In this document: positions 46,001-63,500 of the stretch, piece by piece
Position numbering within the stretch: position 1 is the stretch's first letter
Layout: each line of letters opens with the position of its first letter
Assembly: GCA_964016885.1 (NCBI GenBank)
Contig: OZ024742.1
Location: 7,130,001-7,194,000 of the forward strand
Length of the DNA stretch: 64,000 nt
Origin: Eledone cirrhosa
Lineage: Eukaryota
Direction of reading: 5' to 3'
Translations under genes and position numbers: made by a program
Notes under the pieces: model-generated
Told to the model about the DNA's origin: nothing
Databases searched by the model: none
What the model saw: the letters and a program-made list of their open reading frames with translations, nothing else

Positions 46001-49000
46001 GACCAACAACAGCAACAATGACAATAACAACACGACCAACAACAGCAACAGTGACAATAACAACACGACCAACAACAGCAACAATGACAATAACAACACG
46101 ACCAACAACAGCAACAATTAAATAACAACACAACCAACAACAGCAACAATGACAATAACAACACAACCAACAACAGCAACAATGACAATAACAACACAAC
46201 CAACAACAGCAACAATGACAATAACAACAGAACCAGCAACAGCAACGATGACATTAACAACACAACCAACAACAGCAACAATGACAACAACAACATAACC
46301 AACAACAGCAGCAATTAAATAACAACACGACCAACAACAGCAACAATGACAATAACAACACAACCAACAACAGCAACAATGACAATAACAACACAACCAA
46401 CAACAGCAATAATGACAATAACAACACGACCAACAACAGCAATAATGACAATAACAACACAACAACCAACAACAGCAACAATGACAGTAACAACACAACC
46501 AACAACAGCAACAGTGACAATAACAACACAACCAACAACCGCAACAATGACAATAACAACAAAACCAACAACAGCAACAATGACAATAACAACACAACCA
46601 ACAACAGCAACAGTGAAAATAACAACACAACCAACAACAGCAACAATGACAATAACAACACAACCAACAACAGCAACAATGACAATAACAACACAACCAA
46701 CAACAGCAACAATGACAATAATAACACAATCAACAACAGCAACAATGACAATAACAACAAAACCAACAACAGCAACAATGACAATAACAACACAACCAAC
46801 AACAGCAATAATGACAATAACAACACAACCAACAACAGCAACAATGACAATAACAACACAACCAACAACAGCAACAATGACAATAACAACACAACCAACA
46901 ATAGCAACAATTATATAACAACAGCAACAATTAAATAACAACACAACCAACAACAGCAACAATGACAATAACAACACAACCAACAACGGCAATAATGACA
47001 ATAACAACACAACCAACAATATCAACAATGACAATAACAACACAACCAACAACAGCAATAATGACAATAACAACACAACCAACAACAGCAACAATGACAA
47101 TAACAACACAAACAACAACAGCAACAATGACAATAACAACAAAACCAACAACAGCAACAATGACAATAACAACACAACCAACAACAACAACAATGACAAT
47201 AACAACACAACCAACAACAGCAACAATGACAATAACAACACAACCAACAACAGCAACAATGACAATAAAAACACAACCAACAACAGCAACCATGACAATA
47301 ACAATACGACCAACAACAGCAACAATGACAATAACAACACAACCAACAATATCAACAATGACAATAACAACACAACCAACAACAGCAACAATGACAATAA
47401 CAACACAACCAACAACAGCAACAATGACAATAATAACACGACCAACAACAGCAACAATGACAATAACAACACAACCAACAACAGCAACAGTGACAATAAC
47501 AACACGACCAACAAAAGCAACAATGACAATAACAACACAAGCAACAACAGCAACAATGACAATAACAACACGACCAACAACAGCAACAATTAAATAACAA
47601 CACAACCAACAACAGCAACAATGACAATAACAACACAACCAACAACAGCAACAATGACAATAACAACACAACCAGCAACAGCAACGATGACATTAACAAC
47701 ACAAGCAACAACAGCAACAATGACAACAACAACATAACCAACAACAGCAGCAATTAAATAACAACACGACCAACAACAGCAACAATGACAATAACAACAC
47801 AACCAACAACAGCAACAATGACAATAACAACACAACCAACAACAGCAATAATGACAATAACAACACAACCAACAACAGCAATAATGACAATAACAACACA
47901 ACAACCAACAACAGCAACAATGACAGTAACAACACAACCAACAACAGCAACAGTGACAATAACAACACAACCAACAACAGCAACAATGACAATAACAACA
48001 AAACCAACAACAGCAACAATGACAATAACAACACAACCAACAACAGCAACAGTGAAAATAACAACACAACCAACAACAGCAACAATGACAATAACAACAC
48101 AACCAACAACAGCAACAATGACAATAACAACACAACCAACAACAGCAACAATGACAATAATAACACAATGAACAACAGCAACAATGACAATAACAACAAA
48201 ACCAACAACAGCAACAATGAAAATAACAACACAACCAACAACAGCAATAATGACAATAACAACACAACCAACAACAGCAACAATGACAATAACAACACAA
48301 CCAACAACAGCAACAATGACAATAATAACACAACCAACAATAGCAACAATTAAATAACAACAGCAACAATTAAATAACAACACAACCAACAACAGCAACA
48401 ATGACAATAACAACACAACCAACAACGGCAATAATGACAATAACAACACAACCAACAATATCAACAATGACAATAACAACACAACCAACAACAGCAATAA
48501 TGACAATAACAACACAACCAACAACAGCAACAATGACAATAACAACACAACCAACAACAGCAACAATGACAATAACGACACAACCAACAACAGCAACAAT
48601 GACAATAACAACACAACCAACAACAGCAACAATGACATTAACAACACAACCAACAACAGCAACAATGACAATAACAACACAACCAACAATATCAACAATG
48701 ACAATAACAACACAACCAACAACAGCAACAATGAAAATAACAACACAACCAACACTATCAACAATGACAATAACAACAAAACCAACAACAGCAACAATGA
48801 CAATAACAACACAACCAACAACAGCAACAATGACAATAACAACATAACCAACAACAGCAACAATGACAATAACAACAAAACCAACAACAGCAACAATGAC
48901 AATAACAACACAACCAACAACAGCAACAATGACAATAACAACACAACCAACAATATCAACAATGACGATAACAACACAACCAACAACAGCAACAATTATA

Positions 49001-49330
49001 ATGACAACACAACCAACAACAGCAACAATGACATTAACAACACAACCAACAACAGCGACAATGACAATAACAACAAAACAAACAACAGCAACAATGACAA
49101 TAACAACACAACCAACAACAGCAACAATGACAATAACAACATAACCAACAACAGCAACAATGACAATAACAACAAAACCAACAACAGCAACAATGACAAT
49201 AACAACACAACCAACAACAGCAACAATGACAATAACAACACAACCAACAACAGCAACAATGGCAATAACAACACAACCAACAACAGAAACAATGAAAATA
49301 ACAACAAAACCAACAACAGCAACAATGACA
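39250..49330. repeat. Further nested duplications at offsets 8503, 3778 and 1054 bp
   Basis: Pairs 39282/47785 and 39898/48401 (8503); 41811/45589, 42568/46346 and 43184/46962 (3778); 44040/45094 (1054). Confidence 0.85.
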
Positions 49331-52049
49331 ATAACAACACAACCAACAACATCAACAATGACAATAACAACACAACCAACAACAGCAACAATGACAATAA
49401 CAACATAACCAACAACAGCAACAATGACAATAACAACAAAACCAACAACAGCAACAATGACAATAACAACACAACCAACAATATCAACAATGACGATAAC
49501 AACACAACCAACAACAGCAACAATGATAATAACAACACAACCAACAACAGCAACAATGACATTAACAACACAACCAACAACAGCAACAATGACAATAACA
49601 ACACAACCAACAACAGCAACAATGACAATAACAACACAACCAACAATATCAATGACAATAACAACACAACCAACAACAGCAACAATGACAATAACAACAC
49701 GACCAACAACAGCAATAATGACAATAACAACACAACCAACAACAGTAACAATGACAATAACAACACGACCAACAACAGCAACAATGACAATAACAACACT
49801 ACCAACAACAGCAACAATGACTATAACAACACAACCAACAACACCAACAACGACAATAACAACACAACGAACAACAGCGACAATGACAATAACAACAAAA
49901 CCAACAACAGCAACAATGACAATAACAACACAACCAACAACAGCAACAATGACAATAACAAAACGACCAACAATATCAACGATGACAATAACAACACAAC
50001 CAACAACAGCGACAATGACAATAACAACACAACCAACAACAGCAACAATGACAATAATAACACGACCAACAACAGCAACAATGACAATAACAACACGACC
50101 AACAACAGCAACAATGACAATAACAACACGACCAACAACAGCAACAATGACAATAACAACACAACCAACAACAGCAACAATGACAATAACAACACAACCA
50201 ACAACAGCAACAATGACAATAACAACACGACCAACAACAGCAACAATTAAATAACAACACAACCAACAACAGCAACAATGACAATAACAACACAACCAAT
50301 AACAGCAACAATGACAATAACAACACAACCAACAACAGCAACAATGACAATAACAACAGAACCAGCAACAGCAACGATGACATTAACAACACAACCAACA
50401 AGAGCAACAATGACAACAACAACATAACCAACAACAGCAGCAATTAAATAACAACACGACCAACAACAGCAACAATGACAATAACAACACAACCAACAAC
50501 AGCAACAATGACAATAACAACACAACCAACAACAGCAATAATGACAATAACAACACAACCAACAACAGCAATAATGACAATAACAACACAACCAACAACA
50601 GCAACGATGACAATAACAACACAACCAACAACAGCAACAATGACAATAACAACACAACCAACAACAGCGACAATGACAATAACAACAAAACCAACAACAG
50701 CAACAATGACAATAACAACAAAACCAACAACAGCAACAATGACAATAACAACACAACCAACAACAGCAACAATGACAATAACAACACGACCAACAACAGC
50801 AATAATGACAATAACAACACAACCAACAACAGTAACAATGACAATAACAACACGACCAACAACAGCAACAATGACAATAACAACACTACCAACAACAGCA
50901 ACAATGACAATAACAACACAACCAACAACACCAACAATGACAATAAGAACACAACCAACAACAGCGACAATGACAATAACAACATAACCAACAACAGCAA
51001 CAATGACAATAACAACAAAACCAACAACAGTAACAATGACAATAACAACACAACCAACAACAGCAACAATGACAATAACAACACAACCAACAACATCAAC
51101 AATGACAATAACGACACAACCAACAACAGCAACAATGAAAATAACAACAAAACCAACAACAGCAACAATGACAATAACAACACAACCAACAACAGCAACA
51201 ATGACAATAACAACACAACCAACAACAGCAACAATGACTAACAACACAACCAACAACAGCAACAATGACAATAAAAACACAACCAACAACAGCAACCATG
51301 ACAATAACAACACAACCAACAACAGCAACAATGACAATAACAACACAACCAACAACAGCAACAATGACAATAATAACACGACCAACAACAGCAACAATGA
51401 CAATAACAACACGACCAACAACAGCAACAGTGACAATAACAACACGACAAACAACAGCAACAATGACAATAACAACACGACCAACAACAGCAACAATTAA
51501 ATAACAACACAACCAACAACAGCAACAATGACAATAACAACACAACCAACAACAGCAACAATGACAATAACAACACAACCAACAACAGCAACAATGACAA
51601 TAACAACACAACCAACAACAGCAACAATGACAATAACAACACAACCAACAACAGCAACAATGACAATAACAACACAACCAACAACAGCAACAATGACAAT
51701 AACAACAAAACCAGCAACAGCAACGATGACATTAACAACACAACCAACAACAGCAACAATGACAACAACAACATAACCAACAACAGCAGCAATTAAATAA
51801 CAACACGACCAACAACAGCAACAATGACAATAACAACACAACCAACAACAGCAACAATGACAATAACAACACAACCAACAACAGCAATAATGACAATAAC
51901 AACACAACCAACAACAGCAATAATGACAATAACAACACAACAACCAACAACAGCAACAATGACAGTAACAACACAACCAACAACAGCAACAGTGACAATA
52001 ACAACACAACCAACAACCGCAACAATGACAATAACAACAAAACCAACAA

Positions 52050-55000
52050 CAGCAACAATGACAATAACAACACAACCAACAACAGCAACAGTGAAAATAA
52101 CAACACAACCAACAACAGCAACAATGACAATAACAACACAACCAACAACAGCAACAATGACAATAACAACACAACCAACAACAGCAACAATGACAATAAT
52201 AACACAATGAACAGCAGCAACAATGACAATAACAACAAAACCAACAACAGCAACAATGACAATAACAACACAACCAACAACAGCAATAATGACAATAACA
52301 ACACAACCAACAACAGCAACAATGACAATAACAACACAACCAACAACAGCAACAATGACAATAACAACACAACCAACAATAGCAACAATTAAATAACAAC
52401 AGCAACAATTAAATAACAACACAACCAACAACAGCAACAATGACAATAACAACACAACCAACAACGGCAATAATGACAATAACAACACAACCAACAATAT
52501 CAACAATGACAATAACAACACAACCAACAACAGCAATAATGACAATAACAACACAACCAACAACAGCAACAATGACAATAACAACACAACCAACAACAGC
52601 AACAATGACAATAACGACACAACCAACAACAGCAACAATGACAATAACAACACAACCAACAACAGCAACAATGACATTAACAACACAACCAACAACAGCA
52701 ACCATGACAATAACAACACAACCAACAACAGCAACAATGACAATAACAACACAACCAGCAATATCAACAATGACAATAACAACACAACCAACAACAGCAA
52801 CAATGAAAATAACAACACAACCAACACTATCAACAATGACAATAACAACAAAACCAACAACAGCAACAATGACAATAACAACACAACCAACAACAGCAAC
52901 AATGACAATAACAACATAACCAACAACAGCAACAATGACAATAACAACGAAACCAACAACAGCAACAATGACAATAACAACACAACCAACAACAGCAACA
53001 ATGACAGTAACAACACAACCAACAATATCAACAATGACGATAACAACACAACCAACAACAGCAACAATGATAATAACAACACAACCAACAACAGCAACAA
53101 TGACATTAACAACACAACCAACAACAGCGACAATGACAATAACAACAAAACAAACAACAGCAACAATGACAATAACAACACAACCAACAACAGCAACAAT
53201 GACAATAACAACATAACCAACAACAGCAACAATGACAATAACAACAAAACCAACAACAGCAATAATGACAATAACAACACAACCAACAACAGCAACAATG
53301 ACAATAACAACACAACCAACAACACCAACAATGGCAATAACAACACAACCAACAACAGCAACAATGAAAATAACAACAAAACCAACAACAGCAACAATGA
53401 CAATAACAACACAACCAACAACAGCAACAATGACAATAACAACACAACCAACAACAGCAACAATGACAATAACAACACAACCAACAACAGCAACAATGAC
53501 AATAAAAACACAACCAACAACAGCAACCATGACAATAACAATACGACCAACAACAGCAACAATGACAATAACAACACAACCAACAATATCAACAATGACA
53601 ATAACAACACAACCAACAACAGCAACAATGACAATAACAACACAACCAACAACAGCAACAATGACAATAATAACACGACCAACAACAGCAAAAATGACAA
53701 TAACAACACGACCAACAACAGCAACAATGACAATAACAACACGACCAACAACAGCAACAATGACAATAACAACACATCCAACAACAGCAACAATGACAAT
53801 AACAACACAACCAACAACAGCAACAATGACAATAACAACACAACCAACAACAGCAACAATGACAATAACAACACGACCAACAACAGCAACAATTATATAA
53901 CAACACAACCAACAACAGCAACAATGACAATAACAACACAACCAACAACAGCAACAATGACAATAACAACACAACCAACAACAGCAACAATGACAATAAC
54001 AACAGAACCAGCAACAGCAACGATGACATTAACAACACAACCAACAACAGCAACAATGACAACAACAACATAACCAACAACAGCAGCAATTAAATAACAA
54101 CACGACCAACAACAGCAACAATGACAATAACAACACAACCAACAACAGCAACAATGACAATAACAACACAACCAACAACCGCAACAATGACAATAATAAC
54201 ATGACCAACAACAGCAATAATGACAATAACAACACAACCAACAACAGTAACAATGGCAATAACAACACGACCAACAACAGCAACAATGACAATTACAACA
54301 CTACCAACAACAGCAACAATGACAATAACAACACAACCAACAACACCAACAATGACAATAACAACACAACCAACAACAGCGACAATGACAATAACAACAA
54401 AACAAACAACAGCAACAATGACACTAACAACACAACCAACAACAGCAACAATGACAATAACAACATAACCAACAACAGCAACAATGACAATAACAACAAA
54501 ACCAACAACCGCAACAATGACAATAACAACAAAACCAACAACAGCAACAATGACAATAACAACACAACCAACAACAGCAACAGTGAAAATAACAACACAA
54601 CCAACAACAGCAACAATGACAATAACAACACAACCAACAACAGCAACAATGACAATAACAACACAACCAACAACAGCAACAATGACAATAATAACACAAT
54701 CAACAACAGCAACAATGACAATAACAACAAAACCAACAACAGCAACAATGACAATAACAACACAACCAACAACAGCAATAATGACAATAACAACACAACC
54801 AACAACAGCAACAATGACAATAACAACACAACCAACAACAGCAACAATGACAATAACAACACAACCAACAATAGCAACAATTAAATAACAACAGCAACAA
54901 TTAAATAACAACACAACCAACAACAGCAACAATGACAATAACAACACAACCAACAACGGCAATAATGACAATAACAACACAACCAACAATATCAACAATG

Positions 55001-56940
55001 ACAATAACAACACAACCAACAACAGCAATAATGACAATAACAACACAACCAACAACAGCAACAATGACAATAACAACACAACCAACAACAGCAACAATGA
55101 CAATAACGACACAACCAACAACAGCAACAATGACAATAACAACACAACCAACAACAGCAACAATGACATTAACAACACAACCAACAACAGCAACAATGAC
55201 AATAACAACACAACCAACAACAGCAACAATGACAATAACAACACAACCAACAATATCAACAATGACAATAACAACACAACCAACAACAGCAACAATGAAA
55301 ATAACAACACAACCAACACTATCAACAATGACAATAACAACAAAACCAACAACAGCAACAATGACAATAACAACACAACCAACAACAGCAACAATGACAA
55401 TAACAACATAACCAACAACAGCAACAATGACAATAACAACAAAACCAACAACAGCAACAATGACAATAACAACAAAACCAACAACAGCAACAATGACAGT
55501 AACAACACAACCAACAATATCAACAATGACGATAACAACACAACCAACAACAGCAACAATGATAATAACAACACAACCAACAACAGCAACAATGACATTA
55601 ACAACACAACCAACAACAGCGACAATGACAATAACAACAAAACAAACAACAGCAACAATGACAATAACAACACAACCAACAACAGCAACAATGACAATAA
55701 CAACATAACCAACAACAGCAACAATGACAATAACAACAAAACCAACAACAGCAATAATGACAATAACAACACAACCAACAACAGCAACAATGACAATAAC
55801 AACACAACCAACAACAGCAACAATGGCAATAACAACACAACCAACAACAGCAACAATGAAAATAACAACAAAACCAACAACAGCAACAATGACAATAACA
55901 ACACAACCAACAACAGCAACAATGACAATAACAACACAACCAACAACAGCAACAATGACAATAACAACACAACCAACAACAGCAACAATGACAATAAAAA
56001 CACAACCAACAACAGCAACCATGACAATAACAATACGACCAACAACATCAACAATGACAATAACAACACAACCAACAATATCAACAATGACAATAACAAC
56101 ACAACCAACAACAGCAACAATGACAATAACAACACAACCAACAACAGCAACAATGACAATAATAACACGACCAACAACAGCAAAAATGACAATAACAACA
56201 CGACCAACAACAGCAACAATGACAATAACAACACGACCAACAACAGCAACAATGACAATAACAACACAACCAACAACAGCAACAATGACAATAACAACAC
56301 AACCAACAACAGCAACAATGACAATAACAACACGACCAACAACAGCAACAATTATATAACAACACAACCAACAACAGCAACAATGACAATAACAACACAA
56401 CCAACAACAGCAACAATGACAATAACAACACAACCAACAACAGCAACAATGACAATAACAACAGAACCAGCAACAGCAACGATGACATCAACAACACAAC
56501 CAACAACAGCAACAATGACAACAACAACATAACCAACAACAGCAGCAATTAAATAACAACACGACCAACAACAGCAACAATGACAATAACAACACAACCA
56601 ACAACAGCAACAATGACAATAACAACACAACCAACAACCGCAACAATGACAATAATAACATGACCAACAACAGCAATAATGACAATAACAACACAACCAA
56701 CAACAGTAACAATGGCAATAACAACACGACCAACAACAGCAACAATGACAATTACAACACTACCAACAACAGCAACAATGACAATAACAACACAACCAAC
56801 AACACCAACAATGACAATAACAACACAACCAACAACAGCGACAATGACAATAACAACAAAACAAACAACAGCAACAATGACACTAACAACACAACCAACA
56901 ACAGCAACAATGACAATAACAACATAACCAACAACATCAA
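52050..56940. repeat. Higher-order tandem duplication, period 2492/2459 bp
   Basis: Pairs 52440/54932 and 53232/55724 (2492); 54201/56660 (2459, one unit fewer). Confidence 0.85.
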
Positions 56941-59900
56941 CAATGACAATAACAACAAAACCAACAACAGCAACAATGACAATAACAACACAACCAACAA
57001 CAGCAACAATGACAATAACAACAAAACCAACAACAGCAACAATGACAATAACAACACAACCAACAACAGCAACAATGAAAATAACAACAAAACCAACAAG
57101 AGCAACAATGACAATAACAACACAACCAACAACAGCAACAATGACAATAACAACACAACCAACAACAGCAACAATGACAATAACAACACAACCAACAACA
57201 GCAACAATGACAATAAAAACACAACCAACAACAGCAACCATGACAATAACAATACGACCAACAACAGCAACAATGACAATAACAACACAACCAACAATAT
57301 CAACAATAACAATAACAACACAACCAACAACAGCAACAATGACAATAACAACACAACCAACAACAGCAACAATGACAATAATAACACGACCAACAACAGC
57401 AACAATGACAATAACAACACGACCAACAACAGCAACAATGACAATAACAACACGACCAACAACAGCAACAATGACAATAACAACACAACCAACAACAGCA
57501 ACAATGACAATAACAACACAACCAACAACAGCAATAATGACAATAACAACACGACCAACAACAGCAAAAATTAAATAACAACACAACCAACAACAGCAAC
57601 AATGACAATAACAACACAGCCAACAACAGCAACAATGACAATAACAACACAACCAACAACAGCAACAATGACAATAACAACAGAACCAGCAACAGCAACG
57701 ATGACATTAACAACACAACCAACAACAGCAACAATGACAACAACAACATAACCACCAACAGCAGCAATTAAATAACAACACGACCAACAACAGCAACAAT
57801 GCCAATAACAACACAACCAACAACAGCAACAATGACAATAACAACACAACCAACAACCGCAACAATGACAATAACAACACAACCAATAACAGCAATAATG
57901 ACAATAACAACACGACCAACAAAAGCAACAATGACAATAACAACACGACCAACAACAGCAACAATGACAATAAAACAAAACCAACAACAGCAACAGTGAC
58001 AATAACAACACAACCATCAACAGCAACAATGACAGTAACAACACAACCAACAACAGCAACAGTGACAATAACAACACAACCAACAACAGCAACAATGACA
58101 ATAACAACAAAACCAACAACAGCAACAATGACAATAACAACACAACCAACAACAGCAACAGTGGCAATAACAACACAACCAACAACAGCAACAATGACAA
58201 TAACAACACAACCAACAACAGCAACAATGACAATAATAACACAACCAACAACAGCAACCATGACAATAACAACACGACCAACAACAGCAACAATGACAAT
58301 AACAGCACAACCAACAATATCAACAATGACAATAACAACACAACCAACAACAGCAACAATGACAATAACAACAAAACCAACAACAGCAACAATGACGATA
58401 ACAACACAACCAACAACCGCAACAATGACAATAACAACAGGACCAACAACCGCAATAACGACAATAACAACAAAACCAAAGACAGCAATAATGACAATAA
58501 CAACACAACCAACAACAGCAACAATGGCAATAACAACACAACCAACAACAGCAATAATGACAATAACAACACAACCAACAACAGCAATAATGACAATAAC
58601 AACACAACCAACAACAGCAACAATGACAATAACAACACAACCAACAACCGCAACAATGACAATAACAACACAACCAACAACAGCAACAATGACAACAACA
58701 ACACAACCAACAACAATGACAATAATAACAAATCCAATAACAGCAACAATGACAATAACAACACAACCAACAACAGCAACAATGACAATAACAACACAAC
58801 CAACAACAGCAACAATGACAATAACAACACAACCAACAACAGCAACAATGACAATAACAACACGACCAACAACAGCAACAATGACAATAACAACACAACC
58901 AACAACAGCAACAATGACAATAGCAACACAACCATCAACGGCAATAATGACAATAACAACACAACCAACAACAGCAACAGTGACAATAACAACACAACCA
59001 ACAACAGCAACAATGACAATAACAACACAACCAACAACAGCAACAATGACAATAACAACACAACCAACAACAGCAACAATGACAATAACAACACAACCAA
59101 ACTATCAACACTGACAATAACAACAAAACCAACAACAGCAACAATGACAATAACAACACAACCAACAACAGCAACAATGACAATAACAACACAACCAACA
59201 ACCGCAACAATGACAATAATAACACGACCAACAACAGCAATAATGACAATAACAACACAACCAACAACAGTAACAATGGCAATAACAACACGACCAACAA
59301 CAGCAACAATGACAATTACAACACTACCAACAACAGCAACAATGCCAATAACAACACAACCAACAACACCAACAATGACAATAACAACACAACCAACAAC
59401 AGCGACAATGACAATAACAACAAAACAAACAACAGCAACAATGACACTAACAACACAACCAACAACAGCAACAATGACAATAACAACATAACCAACAACA
59501 GCAACAATGACAATAACAACAAAACCAACAACAGCAACAATGACAATAACAACACAACCAACAACAGCAACAATGACAATAACAACAAAACCAACAACAG
59601 CAACAATGACAATAACAACACGACCAACAACAGCAACAATGACAATAACAACACGACCAACAACAGCAACAATGACAATAACAACACAACCAACAACAGC
59701 AACAATGACAATAACAACACAACCAACAACAGCAACAATGACAATAACAACACGACCAACAACAGCAACAATTAAATAACAACACAACCAACAACAGCAA
59801 CAATGACAATAACAACACAGCCAACAACAGCAACAATGACAATAACAACACAACCAACAACAGCAACAATGACAATAACAACAGAACCAGCAACAGCAAC

Positions 59901-60519
59901 GATGACATTAACAACACAACCAACAACAGCAGCAATTAAATAACAACACGACCAACAACAGCAATAATGACAATAACAACACGACCAACAAAAGCAACAA
60001 TGAAAATAACAACACGACCAACAACAGCAACAATGACAATAAAACAAAACCAACAACAGCAACAGTGACAATAACAACACAACCATCAACAGCAAAAATG
60101 ACAGTAACAACACAACCAACAACAGCAACAGTGACAATAACAACACAACCAACAACAGCAACAATGACAATAACAACAAAACCAACAACAGCAACAATGA
60201 CAATAACAACACAACCAACAACAGCAACAGTGGCAATAACAACACAACCAACAACAGCAACAATGACAATAACAACACAACCAACAACAGCAACAATGAC
60301 AATAATAACAAAACCAACAACAGCAACCATGACAATAACAACACGACCAACAACAGCAACAATGACAATAACAACACAACCAACAATATCAACAATGACA
60401 ATAACAACACAACCAACAACAGCAACAATGACAATAACAACACGACCAACAACAGCAATAATGACAATAACAACACAACCAACAACAGCAACAATGACAA
60501 TAACAACACAACCAACAAC

Positions 60520-63500
60520 AGCAACAATGACAATAACAAGACAACCAACAACAGCAACAATGACAATAACAACACGACCAACAACAGCAACAATGACAAT
60601 AACAACACAACCAACAACAGCAACAATTAAATAACAACACAACAAACAACAGCAACTGTAACAATAACAACACAACCAACAACAGCAACAATGACAATAA
60701 CAACACAACCAACAACAGCAACAATGACAATAACAACAGAACCAGCAACAGCAACGATGACATTAACAACACAACCAACAACAGCAACAATGACAACAAC
60801 AACATAACCAACAACAGCAACAATTAAGTAACAACACGACCAACAACAGCAACAATGACAATAACAACACAACCAACAACAGCAACAATGACAATAACAA
60901 CACAACCAACAACCGCAACAATGACAATAACAACACAACCAACAACAGCAATAATGACAATAACAACACGACCAACAAAAGCAACAATGACAATAACAAC
61001 ACGACCAACAACAGCAACGATGACAATAAAACAAAACCAACAACAGCAACAGTGACAATAACAACACAACCACCAACATGAACAATGACAGTAACAACAC
61101 AACCAACAACAGCAACAGTGACAATAACAACACAACCAACAACAGCAACAATGACAATAACAACACAACCAACAACAGCAACAATGACAATAACAACACA
61201 ACCAACAACAGCAACAATGACAATAATAACACAACCAACAACAGCAACAATGACAATAACAACAAAACCAACAACAGCAACAATGACAATAACAACACAA
61301 CCAACAACCGCAACAATGACAATAACAACAGGACCAACAACAGCAATAACGACAATAACAACAAAACCAAAGACAGCAATAATGACAATAACAACACAAC
61401 CAACAACAGCAATAATGACAATAACAACACAACCAACAACAGCAATAATGACAATAACAACACAACCAACAACAGCAATAATGACAATAACAACACAACC
61501 AACAACAGCAACAATGACAATAACAACACAACCAACAACCGCAACAATGACAATAACAACACAACCAACAACAGCAACAATGACAACAACAACACAACCA
61601 ACAACAATGACAATAATAAAAAATCCAATAACAGCAACAATGACAAAAACAACACAACCAACAACAGCAACAATGACAATAACAACACAACCAACAACAG
61701 CAACAATGACAATAACAACACAACCAACAACAGCAACAATGACAATAACAAGACAACCAACAACAGCAACAATGACAATAACAACACGACCAACAACAGC
61801 AACAATGACAATAACAACACAACCAACAACAGCAACAATTAAATAACAACACAACAAACAACAGCAACTGTAACAATAACAACACAACCAACAACAGCAA
61901 CAATGACAATAACAACACAACCAACAACAGCAACAATGACAATAACAACAGAACCAGCAACAGCAACGATGACATTAACAACACAACCAACAACAGCAAC
62001 AATGACAACAACAACATAACCAACAACAGCAACAATTAAGTAACAACACGACCAACAACAGCAACAATGACAATAACAACACAACCAACAACAGCAACAA
62101 TGACAATAACAACACAACCAACAACCGCAACAATGACAATAACAACACAACCAACAACAGCAATAATGACAATAACAACACGACCAACAAAAGCAACAAT
62201 GACAATAACAACACGACCAACAACAGCAACGATGACAATAAAACAAAACCAACAACAGCAACAGTGACAATAACAACACAACCACCAACATCAACAATGA
62301 CAGTAACAACACAACCAACAACAGCAACAGTGACAATAACAACACAACCAACAACAGCAACAATGACAATAACAACACAACCAACAACAGCAACAATGAC
62401 AATAACAACACAACCAACAACAGCAACAATGACAATAATAACACAACCAACAACAGCAACAATGACAATAACAACAAAACCAACAACAGCAACAATGACA
62501 ATAACAACACAACCAACAACCGCAACAATGACAATAACAACAGGACCAACAACAGCAATAACGACAATAACAACAAAACCAAAGACAGCAATAATGACAA
62601 TAACAACACAACCAACAACAGCAATAATGACAATAACAACACAACCAACAACAGCAATAATGACAATAACAACACAACCAACAACAGCAATAATGACAAT
62701 AACAACACAACCAACAACCGCAACAATGACAATAACAACACAACCAACAACAGCAACAATGACAACAACAACACAACCAACAACAATGACAATAATAAAA
62801 AATCCAATAACAGCAACAATGACAAAAACAACACAACCAACAACAGCAACAATGACAATAACAACACAACCAACAACAGCAACAATGACAATAACAACAC
62901 AACCAACAACAGCAACAATGACAATATCAACACGACCAACAACAGCAACAATGACAATAACAACACAACCAACAACAGCAACAATGACAATAGCAACACA
63001 ACCAACAATATCAACAATGACAATAACAACACAACCAACAACAGCAATAATGACAATAACAACAAAACCAACAACAGCAACAATGACAATAACAACACAA
63101 CCAACAACCGCAACAATGACAATAACAACAGGACCAACAACAGCAACAGTGACAATAACAACACAACCAACAACAGCAACAATGACAATAACAACACAAC
63201 CAACAACAGCAACAATGACAATAACAACACAACCAACAACAGCAACAATGACAATAACAACACAACCAAACTATCAACACTGACAATAACAACAAAACCA
63301 ACAACAGCAACAATGACAATAACAACACAACCAACAACAGCAACAATGACAATAACAACATAACCAACAACAGCAACAATGACAACAACAACATAACCAA
63401 CAACAGCAGCAATTAAATAACAACACGACCAACAACAGCAACAATGACAATAACAACACAACCAACAACAGCAACAATGACAATAACAACACAACCAACA

